This document shows positions 1 through 10,404 of a stretch of 64,000 nt of DNA, piece by piece. Position numbers and translations under genes: made by a program. This DNA is from Flammeovirgaceae bacterium (GTDB lineage Bacteria; Bacteroidota; Bacteroidia; Cytophagales; Cyclobacteriaceae): the NCBI GenBank assembly GCA_021298015.1, contig JAJTGY010000013.1:15445-79444 (forward strand), given 5' to 3'. Position 1 is the stretch's first letter, and the number at the start of each line of letters is the position of its first letter. The notes under the pieces are model-generated. The model did not search any database and was not told where the DNA came from. It was given only the letters and a program-made list of their open reading frames with translations.

Positions 1-426
1 CGGCAGCAGGCGGGCAGTAATCTTTCGCTCCTGCAGGTGATGATAAAACAATTCCGTTGAGATCAGTTCGCCCTGCGCCAGCAGTTCGCGGTAGCTCCGG
101 TCGTCAAAACGGCCAGCCGCCAGCAGGCGAAACAGACTAAAATAGCGCCCGACAATTTCTTCACCTATGGCCTGATACGAGGCCGACTGATAAAGGTCCC
201 CGACAAACGCCTGGTAATGTTTCTCGAGCGATGCAATTTCCCGGCTTGCCTCCCCGGGTTGATGGTTCATCAAGTGATCGCCAATGCGCACGAGCGTATT
301 GGTAGTGCCGCTGAGAGCGGAAAGCACAACGATTTTCTTACCGGGTGTGGCGAGCACAAGGTCCGCCACTTTCTTCATACGCTCGGGCTTGCCAACGGAA
401 GTGCCACCAAACTTTACAACGATCAT
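1..426 (-). CDS. lysC: aspartate kinase, N-terminal part (gene runs off the left edge of the window)
   Basis: Reverse-strand reading from the ATG at 426-424 gives MIVVKFGGTSVGKPERMKKVADLVLATPGKKIVVLSALSGTTNTLV..., which carries the KFGGTS amino-acid-kinase/aspartokinase N-terminal signature. The frame stays open to position 1. It is absent from the ORF track because there is no stop in the window. Confidence 0.8.
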   Translation of the reverse strand, partial: MIVVKFGGTSVGKPERMKKVADLVLATPGKKIVVLSALSGTTNTLVRIGDHLMNHQPGEASREIASLEKHYQAFVGDLYQSASYQAIGEEIVGRYFSLFRLLAAGRFDDRSYRELLAQGELISTELFYHHLQERKITARLLP

Positions 427-446
427 ATCGGGTTTTATTAGGCCGA

Positions 447-454
447 CAAAGATA
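447..454 (-). promoter_or_regulatory. Bacteroidota-type -7 promoter box (TATCTTTG) upstream of the aspartate kinase gene
   Basis: The reverse complement of caaagata is TATCTTTG, which matches TAnnTTTG. It lies about 20 nt upstream of the ATG at 426. Confidence 0.45.
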
Positions 455-548
455 AGCAACGAAACAGACAGAAAGCAGGGCAGGAAAGGGGTCAACCCAT
501 CTCAAACGATTTCAGACCCACATTTTTTTCAGCGGACTCTGTCTTGGT

Positions 549-577
549 AAAAAAAAAGGTCACCGGTTTCGGTGACC
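549..577 (-). terminator. rho-independent terminator of dnaK
   Basis: The minus strand reads GGTCACCG-AAAC-CGGTGACC followed by a run of 9 T, about 27 nt after the dnaK stop. Confidence 0.8.
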
Positions 578-603
578 CTTCGGGCGATCAATCATCGCCA
601 GAT

Positions 604-2514
604 CTACTTCTTGTCGTTCACTTCTTCATATTCTACATCAGTGGCTTCGTTGCCTCCGGTAGCTGGGCCGCCCTGCGCACCGGCACCCGGTTGCGCGCCA
701 GCCTGGGCACCTCCCTGGTACATTTCCGATGCGGCTGCCTGCCAGGTAGTATTCAAAGCGTTCATCGCATTGTCGATGGCTGCCAGATCCTGGCTCTTGT
801 GCGCCTCGCGCAATTTCTCCAAAGCACCGTTGATCGCGTTTTTGTTACCATCCGACAATTTCTCACCGTACTCTTTTAGCTGCTTTTCAGTTTGGAAGAT
901 CAGTGAATCAGCCTGGTTGATTTTTTCAATGCGCTCTTTGGATTTCTTGTCCGATTCTGCATTGGCCTGGGCCTCCTGCTTCATCTTCTGGATTTCGGCA
1001 TCGGTTAATCCGCTCGAAGCTTCGATGCGAATCTTTTGCTCTTTGCCGGTGCCCTTATCTTTGGCCGATACGTGCAGGATTCCGTTCGCATCGATATCAA
1101 AGGTTACTTCAATTTGGGGTATGCCACGTGGCGAGGGCGGAATTCCATCCAGATGGAATCGGCCAATCGTGCGGTTATCTTTTGCCATCGGGCGTTCACC
1201 CTGCAGCACGTGAATCTCAACGGAGGGTTGATTATCAGCTGCGGTCGAAAACACTTCCGATTTTTTCGAGGGAATCGTTGTGTTCGACTCGATGAGCTTG
1301 GTCATTACACCGCCTAGGGTTTCAATTCCCAGCGACAGTGGTGTAACATCAAGCAATAACACATCCTTCACTTCTCCGGTGAGTACACCACCCTGAATAG
1401 CAGCACCCACGGCCACTACTTCGTCCGGGTTCACACCTTTGGAAGGTTTTTTACCGAAGAACTTTTCTACTTCCTCCTGAATACGTGGGATGCGGGTTGA
1501 ACCACCCACCAGAATGACCTCGTCAATTTGAGAAACGTTTACACCGGCATCGGCCACGGCCTTACGGCACGGCTCCAGCGTTCTGCGAATCAAGTCATCG
1601 CAGAGTTGCTCAAACTTCGCCCGGCTCAATTTCTTCACCAGGTGTTCAGGCACACCATCTACAGACGTGATATACGGCAGATTTATTTCGGTCTCGTTTC
1701 CGCTGGATAGCTCAATCTTAGCTTTTTCTGAAGCTTCCTTGAGGCGTTGCAGGGCCATTGGATCTTTGCGCAAGTCTATATTTTTCTCGGCCTTAAACTC
1801 ATCCGCCAGCCAGTTCATGATGCGCATGTCGAAGTCGTCACCACCCAGGTGCACGTCACCATTAGTCGACTTCACTTCAAAAACGCCATCGCCCAATTCA
1901 AGAATAGAAATGTCGAACGTACCACCGCCCAGGTCGTACACCGCGATTTTCATGTCTTTGTTTTTCTTGTCGAGGCCATAAGCAAGTGCTGCAGCCGTGG
2001 GCTCGTTTATGATTCGCTTTACGTCCAAGCCGGCAATTTGCCCGGCTTCCTTGGTAGCCTGACGTTCCGCATCGTTAAAATACGCGGGAACGGTGATCAC
2101 GGCTTCCGTCACGGTAGTGCCCAGATAATCTTCGGCCGTGGACTTCATCTTTTGCAGGATCATGGCCGAAATTTCCTGTGGCGTGTACAAACGATCGCCA
2201 ATGCGCACACGCACGGTGTCGTTGTTACCCCGCTCTACCTGGTAGCTTACCATTTTCATTTCACCAGTCACATCATCGTACTTCTTGCCCATGAAGCGTT
2301 TGATGGACTGTATCGTGTTTTTGGGATTGGTAATGGCCTGACGCTTGGCCGGGTCGCCCACTTTGCGTTCGCCTTTACCGTTGTCCAAAAAGCCCACGAT
2401 CGAAGGGGTCGTTCTGCGGCCTTCGCTGTTGGCGATTACCACCGGTTCGTTGCCTTCCATAACGGCTACGCAACTGTTGGTTGTTCCTAAGTCAATACCA
2501 ATTATCTTTCCCAT
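604..2514 (-). CDS. dnaK: molecular chaperone DnaK (Hsp70)
   Basis: 636 aa. [26 protein letters not shown] and [11 protein letters not shown] are Hsp70 signatures, and the C-terminal tail is Gly/Ala-rich. Confidence 0.98.
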   Translation of the reverse strand: MGKIIGIDLGTTNSCVAVMEGNEPVVIANSEGRRTTPSIVGFLDNGKGERKVGDPAKRQAITNPKNTIQSIKRFMGKKYDDVTGEMKMVSYQVERGNNDTVRVRIGDRLYTPQEISAMILQKMKSTAEDYLGTTVTEAVITVPAYFNDAERQATKEAGQIAGLDVKRIINEPTAAALAYGLDKKNKDMKIAVYDLGGGTFDISILELGDGVFEVKSTNGDVHLGGDDFDMRIMNWLADEFKAEKNIDLRKDPMALQRLKEASEKAKIELSSGNETEINLPYITSVDGVPEHLVKKLSRAKFEQLCDDLIRRTLEPCRKAVADAGVNVSQIDEVILVGGSTRIPRIQEEVEKFFGKKPSKGVNPDEVVAVGAAIQGGVLTGEVKDVLLLDVTPLSLGIETLGGVMTKLIESNTTIPSKKSEVFSTAADNQPSVEIHVLQGERPMAKDNRTIGRFHLDGIPPSPRGIPQIEVTFDIDANGILHVSAKDKGTGKEQKIRIEASSGLTDAEIQKMKQEAQANAESDKKSKERIEKINQADSLIFQTEKQLKEYGEKLSDGNKNAINGALEKLREAHKSQDLAAIDNAMNALNTTWQAAASEMYQGGAQAGAQPGAGAQGGPATGGNEATDVEYEEVNDKK

Positions 2515-2657
2515 ATAGCTGTTGATTACAATTTCAAATCTGCTGGGGAAGGGTCAAGGATTATGCCATCGGCTTTTTTGTGCCAAAAGGTGACACAATG
2601 GCATAGATGTCTACAAATCCGACTGAAATACCTGAAATTTTGATGGATTAAACGGCT

Positions 2658-3131
2658 TTAGGGCAGTTCGATCTTTTCCACCCGAACACCTGCCGCGAGA
2701 ATACCCGAAAGCGAATCCGTTCGCATAAACTGCTGAAGCGACACGGTATAGGGGCCGGGGTAGGCGAACGCCTGCCGACTTATCAGGGGCACCCGGTGGT
2801 CATAAATATCTCCCAGGGCACTTTCGCCCAACGGCTTTCCCGACTTTGGTTCGAACAAGTAAGCCGAAGACAAACTGGACGCTAATGACTTGCCGGTGGA
2901 ATCCTGAAGCGACCAGTTGACGAACAAACGCGACCACGGGTAATGGCGGGAATTGCGGATATTATAATAGATATTGTAACGCTGGGTCGTATCGTTAATT
3001 TGAAAAGTGAAGCGAACCGTGTCGTTTACATTCCAGACGCGATTCGTAAAATCGTGATTGTCCTCATACACACGCGTGCGATCGCAGGAAGCCATTAACG
3101 CCAGAATAGTTACCGCAACGAGAACTCTCAT
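2658..3131 (-). CDS. gldH: gliding motility lipoprotein GldH
   Basis: 157 aa with a lipoprotein signal (LMASC). The SCDRTRVYED...W...F.F.I.D...YN.Y.N.R....YP...LF pattern and GPYTVSLQQFMR...GI...GVRVE closely parallel Flavobacterium GldH as I remember it. It sits directly downstream of a PSP1 gene, as in other Bacteroidota. Confidence 0.75.
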   Translation of the reverse strand: MRVLVAVTILALMASCDRTRVYEDNHDFTNRVWNVNDTVRFTFQINDTTQRYNIYYNIRNSRHYPWSRLFVNWSLQDSTGKSLASSLSSAYLFEPKSGKPLGESALGDIYDHRVPLISRQAFAYPGPYTVSLQQFMRTDSLSGILAAGVRVEKIELP

Positions 3132-4279
3132 CCTTGCTTCGGTTGATTAGGGCGAGGACTGCGGTTGTCTCTACGCCTGTTGCGGTTCTTATGCTTCTTC
3201 TTGCTCTTGTTCTTGAACTTTTTGTCAAGATTCTCGAGGTCCTTATTGAGTATTTGAACGGGCTCGCGCACTTCTTCCACGTCTACTTCCAGTGAGGCGG
3301 GCTTTTTACCTGCCTTATTCATTTCCAAAATCTGATTGACGCGCTCGATGCTCACCGGGTGCCAGTTGTTGTCATCACGAAAACCAAACCACATGATTTT
3401 GCGGAAGATGTCGGTCTTCTGTAATGAGGCATCGCCCCGTTCGGTTTGCAAGGGCTTCTCCACATCCGGAATGTCGCGCAAGGCTTCCATATACGTCTCC
3501 AACTCATAATTGAGGCAACACTTGAGTCGACCGCATTGGCCGGAAAGCTTGCTGGGGTTAAGGGAGAGGTTTTGATAGCGGGCTGCACTGGTCGCTACGT
3601 TTTTGAAGTCACTGAGCCAGGTGGAGCAGCAGAGTTCGCGCCCGCAAACACCGATGCCGCCAAGCCGGCCAGCCTCCTGGCGCATGTTGATTTGGCGCAT
3701 CTCCACCCGTATTTTGAACTCGCCTGCCAGTACGCGAATCAGCTCACGGAAATCCACACGATCTTCGGCCGAATAGTAAAAAGTGGCTTTGGTGTTGTCG
3801 GCCTGGTATTCGATGTCCGACAGCTTCATCCCAGGGTTCATCTGGCGGATGATTTCGCGGGTGCGAAACAGCGTAGGCAGCTCGCGCTTTCGAACTTCTT
3901 CAAACTTTTCCAGGTCCTTGACGTTCGCCAGACGATAAATTTTTTTGATTTCGCTGTCGTTTGCAATCTTCTTCTTTTGCATCTGCAACCGAACCAACTC
4001 ACCCTGCAGCGATACGTGGCCGATGTGGTGGCCGGTTCCCGATTCCACAATTACGGCATCACCGGTGGTCAAACGGATTTTCTCGGTGTTGCGATAAAAA
4101 TCTTTGCGTCCGTTCTTGAAGCGAATCTCGGCTACGTCAAAACGGTCTTCCACCGGCATGTCCATATTCGACAGCCAGTCGAACACATTCATCTTATTGC
4201 AACCCCCGGTGCCACAGGCCCCGTTGTTATTACAGCCACTTACCTGGCCATCTTTTTTTGTTCCGCACGCGCAACCCAT
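3128..4279 (-). CDS. PSP1 C-terminal domain protein (YaaT/RicT-like)
   Basis: 383 aa with an N-terminal Cys-rich stretch (GCACGTKKDGQVSGCNNNGACGTGGC), the PSP1-type core CGRELCC...GQCGRLKCCL, and a basic C-terminal tail. Confidence 0.85.
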   Translation of the reverse strand: MGCACGTKKDGQVSGCNNNGACGTGGCNKMNVFDWLSNMDMPVEDRFDVAEIRFKNGRKDFYRNTEKIRLTTGDAVIVESGTGHHIGHVSLQGELVRLQMQKKKIANDSEIKKIYRLANVKDLEKFEEVRKRELPTLFRTREIIRQMNPGMKLSDIEYQADNTKATFYYSAEDRVDFRELIRVLAGEFKIRVEMRQINMRQEAGRLGGIGVCGRELCCSTWLSDFKNVATSAARYQNLSLNPSKLSGQCGRLKCCLNYELETYMEALRDIPDVEKPLQTERGDASLQKTDIFRKIMWFGFRDDNNWHPVSIERVNQILEMNKAGKKPASLEVDVEEVREPVQILNKDLENLDKKFKNKSKKKHKNRNRRRDNRSPRPNQPKQG

Positions 4280-4285
4280 ACGATT

Positions 4286-4648
4286 TTAGCTCAGTAAAAT
4301 CAGATTTACATTTTTGATCTTTTCAAATCCCGAGTCATATGTAACGAGGGGCAGGTCGAGATAGAGTGAGGTCGCAGCTATAATGGCATCCGGTAATCTT
4401 ACTTTTTGGTTAAGATCAATCGCCAATTTTTTCACTTCCGATTTTAACCCCACGATTTTGCAATCGCTCAGAAGTAGGGTAAAAAAGGCAGCTTCCTCCT
4501 TTGTTATCTTATACCATCCCAACAGCTCAATCTCAGTTATGGAAGAAACATAAAGTCGATTTCTGTTCAAGTACTGATCGAGTCCGGGCTTGCCCTCGGC
4601 CAGATTAATCAAAACGTTAGTGTCGACAACCAACTCAACTCCATTCAT
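4286..4648 (-). CDS. PIN-domain ribonuclease toxin (VapC-like)
   Basis: 120 aa. The N-terminal VVDTNVLI acidic motif and the later conserved D (PDAIIAATS) fit a PIN fold. It overlaps an upstream small ORF by 14 nt. Confidence 0.8.
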   Translation of the reverse strand: MNGVELVVDTNVLINLAEGKPGLDQYLNRNRLYVSSITEIELLGWYKITKEEAAFFTLLLSDCKIVGLKSEVKKLAIDLNQKVRLPDAIIAATSLYLDLPLVTYDSGFEKIKNVNLILLS

Positions 4649-4805
4649 TTCGAACCGAGCGCTGATCGGTTACGCCATCCAAACCTCTGACTAATTGACC
4701 AAAATACTTCCCCGCCTTAAATCCTTTCACTTTCTTCTTAACAAGATTTTTCAAAGCCTTGTCGACCTGGGCACGGGACGCATTCGTTGGCACCTTGGCA
4801 ATCAT
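4635..4805 (-). CDS. putative antitoxin partner of the PIN toxin (56-aa basic protein)
   Basis: My own translation is MIAKVPTNASRAQVDKALKNLVKKKVKGFKAGKYFGQLVRGLDGVTDQRSVRNEWS. Its ATG overlaps the purD stop (ATGA) and its stop overlaps the PIN start by 14 nt. It falls below the ORF-track size cutoff. Confidence 0.6.
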   Translation of the reverse strand: MIAKVPTNASRAQVDKALKNLVKKKVKGFKAGKYFGQLVRGLDGVTDQRSVRNEWS

Positions 4806-6088
4806 TTTCCAAAATTAATCAAATCGAGGCCAATATCCTTACGGTATTGTGCACCCGGCCAGTGAATGCCAGCCACCGTGCGATAGGCCCGTTGCCGCGC
4901 TTCATCCAGGCTGGTGCCCTTGCCGGTGACGGCCAGCACGCGCCCGCCATCCGTAACCACGCCTTCGTCCGTTTGTCGTGTGCCGGCATGAAACACCCGG
5001 GCATCCGATGTCGAAGCCAGGCCGGTAATCATTTGCCCTTTGGCATAATCGCCCGGATAGCCTTCGGCTGCCATGACCACCGTTACGGCAAATTCATCAC
5101 TGATCTTTAATTTCTTTCCAGCCAGCTCGCCCCTGGCGCAAGCGCTGAGAATCTCAACCCAATCGCTGTCAATGCGGCTCATCACCGATTGCGTTTCAGG
5201 ATCGCCCATCCGGGCATTGTACTCAATGACAAATGGCTCGCCCTTCACGTTCATAAGCCCGATGAAAATGAAGCCGCGGTACGGGATGTTTTCTTGCTGA
5301 AGACCACGGAGTGTAGGTTCAATAACGCGTTGTTCCACTTTCTTCAAAAAGGCCGAGTCGGCAAAGACCACGGGTGATACGGACCCCATGCCGCCTGTGT
5401 TCGGGCCGGCATCGCCATCGCCAATCCGTTTATAGTCTTTGGCCTCGGGCAACACAACATAATCTTTTCCATCGGTGAGGATAAACACAGACAATTCGAT
5501 GCCGGTCAGGAATTGCTCAACCAACACCTTGGTGCTGGCCTCGCCAAACTTTTTTTCGCCCAACATTTCGCGCAGCTCCTGCTGAGCCTCAGGCACCGTT
5601 GCGCAGATCACCACACCTTTTCCTGCTGCGAGCCCATCGGCTTTCAACACGATGGGCGGTTGTTGGCCTGCCAGGTACTGAAGCCCTTCGTCAAGTTCAG
5701 CGGCTGTGAACGTCCGTGCCTGCGCAGTGGGAATGCCATGACGGACCATGAACGCCTTGGAAAAATCCTTGCTACCCTCGAGCCGCGCACCCGAACGTCC
5801 CGGCCCGACAATCAGAATATCGCGTAAGCGAGGTTCGGCCTCAAAATAGTCTCGCAGCCCTTTTACAAGCGGAACTTCCGGACCGATTACGACTAATCCA
5901 ATTTGACGGTCAATACAGAATTGACCGATTCCGGGGAAATCATCCACGTGCAGGGCCACATTTACCGCGACCTGGGACGTGCCCGCGTTACCGGGTGCGA
6001 CAAAAAGTTTTTCGCAATGTGTGCTCTGGCTGATCTTCCAGGCCAGGGCATGCTCGCGCCCCCCGCTGCCGATGATGAGAATGTTCAT
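4802..6088 (-). CDS. purD: phosphoribosylamine--glycine ligase
   Basis: 428 aa. MNILIIGSGGREHALAWK, ATP-grasp motifs and a typical PurD length. Confidence 0.95.
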   Translation of the reverse strand: MNILIIGSGGREHALAWKISQSTHCEKLFVAPGNAGTSQVAVNVALHVDDFPGIGQFCIDRQIGLVVIGPEVPLVKGLRDYFEAEPRLRDILIVGPGRSGARLEGSKDFSKAFMVRHGIPTAQARTFTAAELDEGLQYLAGQQPPIVLKADGLAAGKGVVICATVPEAQQELREMLGEKKFGEASTKVLVEQFLTGIELSVFILTDGKDYVVLPEAKDYKRIGDGDAGPNTGGMGSVSPVVFADSAFLKKVEQRVIEPTLRGLQQENIPYRGFIFIGLMNVKGEPFVIEYNARMGDPETQSVMSRIDSDWVEILSACARGELAGKKLKISDEFAVTVVMAAEGYPGDYAKGQMITGLASTSDARVFHAGTRQTDEGVVTDGGRVLAVTGKGTSLDEARQRAYRTVAGIHWPGAQYRKDIGLDLINFGK

Positions 6089-6125
6089 AGCGTGGCAAAG
6101 ATAACATTTGCGCTGCCGCCACCCG

Positions 6126-7742
6126 TTACTTGACCCGGTTCACGTGGATGTAAAAATTCGGATCAATCACGAGTTCAGTTTCGCGCCACGCGCCTTTGTA
6201 TTTCTTCCACTCCTGCGAGGGCTTCAGCCAGGTTTTCGTGTTGGCGACTTTCACGGGCAGGTCAAACCCTTCTAACACGTTCGTCCACCGGTAGCTCAGT
6301 TTGTTGTTTTCCAGACGGTACTCCAAAACGGGGACTTGCGTGGTACGGAGGTACTGATCAAAAATCCGGGAAAGATCCCGGCCCAGGTGAACTGAAAAGA
6401 GTTTCTCGATGTCTGCGCTAGAGGCTTGGCTGATGAAATATCGCTTGTTGACATCGAGCAAAAACTGACGAAAGGCGTCATCCGATGGAAATAATTGGCG
6501 CAGGGTGTGGATGAGGTTAGCACCTTTATAATACATGTCACCACTGCCTTCCGTGTTTACGCCATAGGGCCCAATCACGGGCTTGTCATGCTGAATTAGT
6601 CTGCGTGTGCCGGTGACGTAGTCGGAACCGGCCTCTTTGCCGAAAAGGCATTCCGTATAAAGCGTTTCGGAGTAGGCGGTGAAGCCTTCATGCACCCACA
6701 TGTCGGCTATGTCGGGGGTGGTGATGGAATTGCCAAACCACTCGTGGCCGCTTTCGTGAATGATGATGAAATCCCACTTCAACCCCCAGCCTGTGCCGGA
6801 GAGGTCGCTCCCCAGATAGCCATTCATGAATTTGTTACCATACGCAATGGCGCTCTGGTGCTCCATACCCAGATGAGGAGACTGGACCAACTTAAATCCA
6901 TCTGAATAAAACGGGTAGGCCCCGAACCAGTACTCAAAACATTTTAGCATTGACGGTACCTGCACAAACTGTTTTTTCGCTTTTTCGATTTCATAATCCA
7001 GAACATAATAGGAGAGATCCAGCTTTCCCTGTGTACCTGCGTAGGAATCGCTCCAGTCAGCGTAGTACCCGATATACGGCACGAGGTTATAGGAATTGAT
7101 CTTGTTTGTTACCCGCCAGGTGTGAGCAGTCTTTCCATTTTTTTCTTCTTTTTTGATCAACCGCCCATTGGCCACACCCACCAACTCATTTGGGGTTACC
7201 ACGGTGAGGGTCGCCCCCAAGTCGGGCTCATCGCTTTGGTGATCTTTGCAGGGATACCACACGCTGGCGCCCAAACCCTGGCAGGCCACCGACATCCAGG
7301 GCCGGCCTTTCGCATCGCGGGCCCAAATCCAACCCCCATCCCAGGGAGGATTAACCGCTTCCCGAGGCAGGCCATGGTAGATAATGCGCAGCGTATCTAC
7401 CTGCCCGGCTTTGAGTGCTTGTGGAAAGGATACCAAAAAGGCCTGTTCATCGCGTTGCGCAGGCAGCGTTCGGCCATGCCAGATTACCGAATCCAACAGC
7501 AGGGGTGTTTGTAAGTCGATTTGCATGATAGACCCGGACTGAACGGTGCGAAAAACCATTTGAAGGTGACCCCGCAGGGACTTGGTCTCATATTCCGGCT
7601 CAACGGTCAGGTCGTAATGCTGAACATCCCACCACGAGCGATTGGTATTCAACGTGCCCCGAAGTGAATCGGCACGGGAAAAACTTTGAGCCAGACCAGT
7701 TGCCGACACCAACGAGAATAAGAACAGACAAAGAATTTTCAT
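6126..7742 (-). CDS. secreted M1-family metallopeptidase
   Basis: 538 aa with a signal peptide. HESGHEWFGN (HExxH) is followed by WVHEGFTAY, the gluzincin third ligand. Confidence 0.85.
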   Translation of the reverse strand: MKILCLFLFSLVSATGLAQSFSRADSLRGTLNTNRSWWDVQHYDLTVEPEYETKSLRGHLQMVFRTVQSGSIMQIDLQTPLLLDSVIWHGRTLPAQRDEQAFLVSFPQALKAGQVDTLRIIYHGLPREAVNPPWDGGWIWARDAKGRPWMSVACQGLGASVWYPCKDHQSDEPDLGATLTVVTPNELVGVANGRLIKKEEKNGKTAHTWRVTNKINSYNLVPYIGYYADWSDSYAGTQGKLDLSYYVLDYEIEKAKKQFVQVPSMLKCFEYWFGAYPFYSDGFKLVQSPHLGMEHQSAIAYGNKFMNGYLGSDLSGTGWGLKWDFIIIHESGHEWFGNSITTPDIADMWVHEGFTAYSETLYTECLFGKEAGSDYVTGTRRLIQHDKPVIGPYGVNTEGSGDMYYKGANLIHTLRQLFPSDDAFRQFLLDVNKRYFISQASSADIEKLFSVHLGRDLSRIFDQYLRTTQVPVLEYRLENNKLSYRWTNVLEGFDLPVKVANTKTWLKPSQEWKKYKGAWRETELVIDPNFYIHVNRVK

Positions 7743-7746
7743 TCGG

Positions 7747-8211
7747 CTAAGCTAGCCGAAATGCCTGAAATAAATGGTAACCAACCAAGGCAAGTAAGAT
7801 CGCAACCAGGCTGAGGATAGCTAAGGGGAAGAAGTTGGCGTGCACACCTAACGCCAGATTGGTGGATTGAACGATGGGTAGACCAACCAGCGCGACAACC
7901 ACAACCTTGGCCCGCGTGATAAACTTTACCATATTCTGCTCTTGCCGGAATTTGTTTTGCACGTTAATCTCCACCGGGTAATTATACCAATGCGGACGCG
8001 CGGCCAGCAGCGTCAGTCCTGCGCACAACAGCACCATCAGACTGGCAATAATCCACAGCAGGTGCCGCGGCCCTTGAGCATCAGCTACCCCTGAAAAACT
8101 GAAATGAGTGGGAACCAGGTCGGGTAACCGGTTGTATCGACCGATCAATAACACTAAAACCGCCAACACAACGGCACCCGCGGCCGCGTCCATCCATCGC
8201 CTGTTCTTCAT
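7747..8211 (-). CDS. DUF1648-like membrane protein
   Basis: 154 aa with four hydrophobic segments. It has the LPDLVPTHFSFSGVADAQG motif typical of DUF1648 proteins. Confidence 0.6.
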   Translation of the reverse strand: MKNRRWMDAAAGAVVLAVLVLLIGRYNRLPDLVPTHFSFSGVADAQGPRHLLWIIASLMVLLCAGLTLLAARPHWYNYPVEINVQNKFRQEQNMVKFITRAKVVVVALVGLPIVQSTNLALGVHANFFPLAILSLVAILLALVGYHLFQAFRLA

Positions 8212-8217
8212 GTCTTT

Positions 8218-10404
8218 TTAATTCGCGTACTCGCTTAGGAATTTGATGCGCATCAGGCGCACCTCCTCTTCCGAGCAACCCTCATTTTCGTTCAACGCAT
8301 CTTCAATGCTATCGGTTTCCGAATTCAGAAAATAGTCATGCAGTTGATCCTGCTTGTCTTCTTCAATGGCCTCTTCCAGGTAATAATCCAGGTTCAGCTT
8401 GGTTCCGCTGTAGCAGATGTTTTCTATTTCCGTCAACAGTTCATCAAACGTCAGGCTTTTTGACTCGGCAATTTCTTCGAGGTCAACCTTTTTATCAATT
8501 TGCTGAATGATAAAAATTTTCACTTTGGATTTGTTGACGGAAGACTTCACCACCACATCAGCCGCGGTTTCAATATCATTCTCATCCACATATTTCTGAA
8601 TCAACTCCAGAAACTCCTTGCCGAACTTATTGACCTTACCCATGCCCACCCCGTTCACCGAAGCCAACTCCTCTTTGCTGGTCGGGTAGGTGGTGGCCAT
8701 TTCCTCCAGCGAAGGATCCTGAAAGATGACGTAGGGCGGCAGGTTCTTTTCCTTGGCTATTTTCTTGCGCAGGGTTTTCAGCATTTCGAACAACTTCTCG
8801 TCATACGATTTGGTATTGACGGGCTGCCGCTCGCTGGATTCCTCCTCATCATCCACATCGGTGGTGAAATCATGGTCGCGTGCCAGTTCCACCGGGTGCG
8901 GCTTTTTAATGAATTTCTTTCCTTTCTCGGTCAACCGGAGCACACCGATGTTCTCAATATCTTTTTCCAGGTATTGATAAACCAGGGCCTGACGAATCAC
9001 TGACTTCCAGAAATCCGTGTCTTCCGTATCACCCTTGCCGAATACTTTAAGGTCAAAATGGCCGTAACTTTTTACGTATTCATCTTCAATGCCGCGAATC
9101 ACATGCACGAGATGGCCAAGGCCAAAGCGTTCATTGGTCTGTTGCACGGCTTCGAGCGCAATCTTGACATATTCAGTGCCATCGAATCGCTCACGCGGGT
9201 GTGTGCAGTTGTCACACATGCCGCAGTTCTTTTCCGTGTATTCCTCTCCGAAATAGTGCAGTAACTGGCGCCTGCGGCAAATGGGCGACTCGGCATAGAA
9301 TTCCATCTCCTGCAACAGGATGCGTGCGTTTTCACGCTCTTGAACCGGTTTGTCCTTGTTGAACTTTTCGAGTTTGTTGAGGTCGTTGTGGCTGTAGAAC
9401 ATTAGACAATGACCTTCGAGTCCGTCACGCCCCGAGCGGCCAGTTTCCTGGTAATATCCCTCCAGTGATTTGGGTACATCGTAGTGCACAACAAACCGCA
9501 CATCGGGTTTGTCAATGCCCATTCCGAAGGCGATGGTCGCCACAATAATGTCGACTTCCTCGTTGAGAAAGTCATCCTGATTTTTGATCCGCACATCCGG
9601 ATCCAGCCCGGCATGATAGGGTGCCGCCCGAAAACCGTTCACATTCAGTAGTTGGGCGATTTCCTCCACTTTTTTTCTACTCAGGCAGTAAATAATGCCC
9701 GACTTGCCTTTGTTCTCCTTCAGAAAGCGAACGAGTTGTTTTTTGGTCTCTTTTTTGGGGCGAACCTCGTAAAACAGATTTTTTCGATTAAAGGAGGAGA
9801 TGAACACATCAGCCTCTTCCATCTGAAGATTCTTCTGAATATCCAGCTGCACCTTGGGCGTGGCGGTAGCGGTAAGTGCAATTACCGGCATGTCACCCAA
9901 CTGGCCGATCATCGTTTTGATCTTGCGGTATTCGGGGCGGAAGTCGTGACCCCACTCCGAAATACAGTGCGCCTCGTCAATGGCGACAAACGAGATTTTC
10001 ACCTTTTGCAGAAAGGCGATATTTTCCTCTTTGTTTAACGATTCGGGCGCGACATATAAAAGTTTTACTTTCTCACTTACACAATCTTTGCGCAGCCGGG
10101 TGATTTCCGCCTTGCTTAATGTTGAGTTTAAAAAACGCGCATTTACGCCATACGCGTTCATCTGGTCCACTTGATTTTTCATCAGGGCGATTAGCGGAGA
10201 GATTACAATGGCGAGCCCCGGCTGCACCATGGCCGGTAACTGATAACAGAGCGATTTTCCGGCACCGGTGGGCATAATCACGAACGTGTTTCGCCCACCT
10301 AAAATATTTCGTATAACGGTCTCTTGGTTTCCACGAAACCCGGAATACCCAAATATTTCTTTGAGTTTATCTTTCAACAAATCTTTTTCTTCTGCAACAA
10401 TCAT
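8218..10404 (-). CDS. recQ: ATP-dependent DNA helicase RecQ
   Basis: FGYSGFRGNQ, PTGAGKSLCYQLPA, DEAHCISEWGHDFRPEY, the zinc-binding CRRRQLLHYFGE..C..CDNC region and a C-terminal HRDC-like region. I trimmed the start to the ATG at 10404 (MIVAEEKDLL), because the 63-codon upstream extension overlaps the divergent manC-like gene. Confidence 0.93.
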   Translation of the reverse strand: MIVAEEKDLLKDKLKEIFGYSGFRGNQETVIRNILGGRNTFVIMPTGAGKSLCYQLPAMVQPGLAIVISPLIALMKNQVDQMNAYGVNARFLNSTLSKAEITRLRKDCVSEKVKLLYVAPESLNKEENIAFLQKVKISFVAIDEAHCISEWGHDFRPEYRKIKTMIGQLGDMPVIALTATATPKVQLDIQKNLQMEEADVFISSFNRKNLFYEVRPKKETKKQLVRFLKENKGKSGIIYCLSRKKVEEIAQLLNVNGFRAAPYHAGLDPDVRIKNQDDFLNEEVDIIVATIAFGMGIDKPDVRFVVHYDVPKSLEGYYQETGRSGRDGLEGHCLMFYSHNDLNKLEKFNKDKPVQERENARILLQEMEFYAESPICRRRQLLHYFGEEYTEKNCGMCDNCTHPRERFDGTEYVKIALEAVQQTNERFGLGHLVHVIRGIEDEYVKSYGHFDLKVFGKGDTEDTDFWKSVIRQALVYQYLEKDIENIGVLRLTEKGKKFIKKPHPVELARDHDFTTDVDDEEESSERQPVNTKSYDEKLFEMLKTLRKKIAKEKNLPPYVIFQDPSLEEMATTYPTSKEELASVNGVGMGKVNKFGKEFLELIQKYVDENDIETAADVVVKSSVNKSKVKIFIIQQIDKKVDLEEIAESKSLTFDELLTEIENICYSGTKLNLDYYLEEAIEEDKQDQLHDYFLNSETDSIEDALNENEGCSEEEVRLMRIKFLSEYAN

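Noticed and set aside
572-2490. Several long + strand ORFs (572-1213, 1747-2490 and others) lie opposite dnaK.
   Set aside because: They are shadow ORFs antisense to an unmistakable Hsp70 gene. Their composition is odd (Ser/Ala/Pro/His-rich) and they have no family motifs. The same reasoning applies to antisense ORFs inside recQ, mutL, the GH3 fusion, the TonB receptor, the AAA+ gene and the ribosomal genes.
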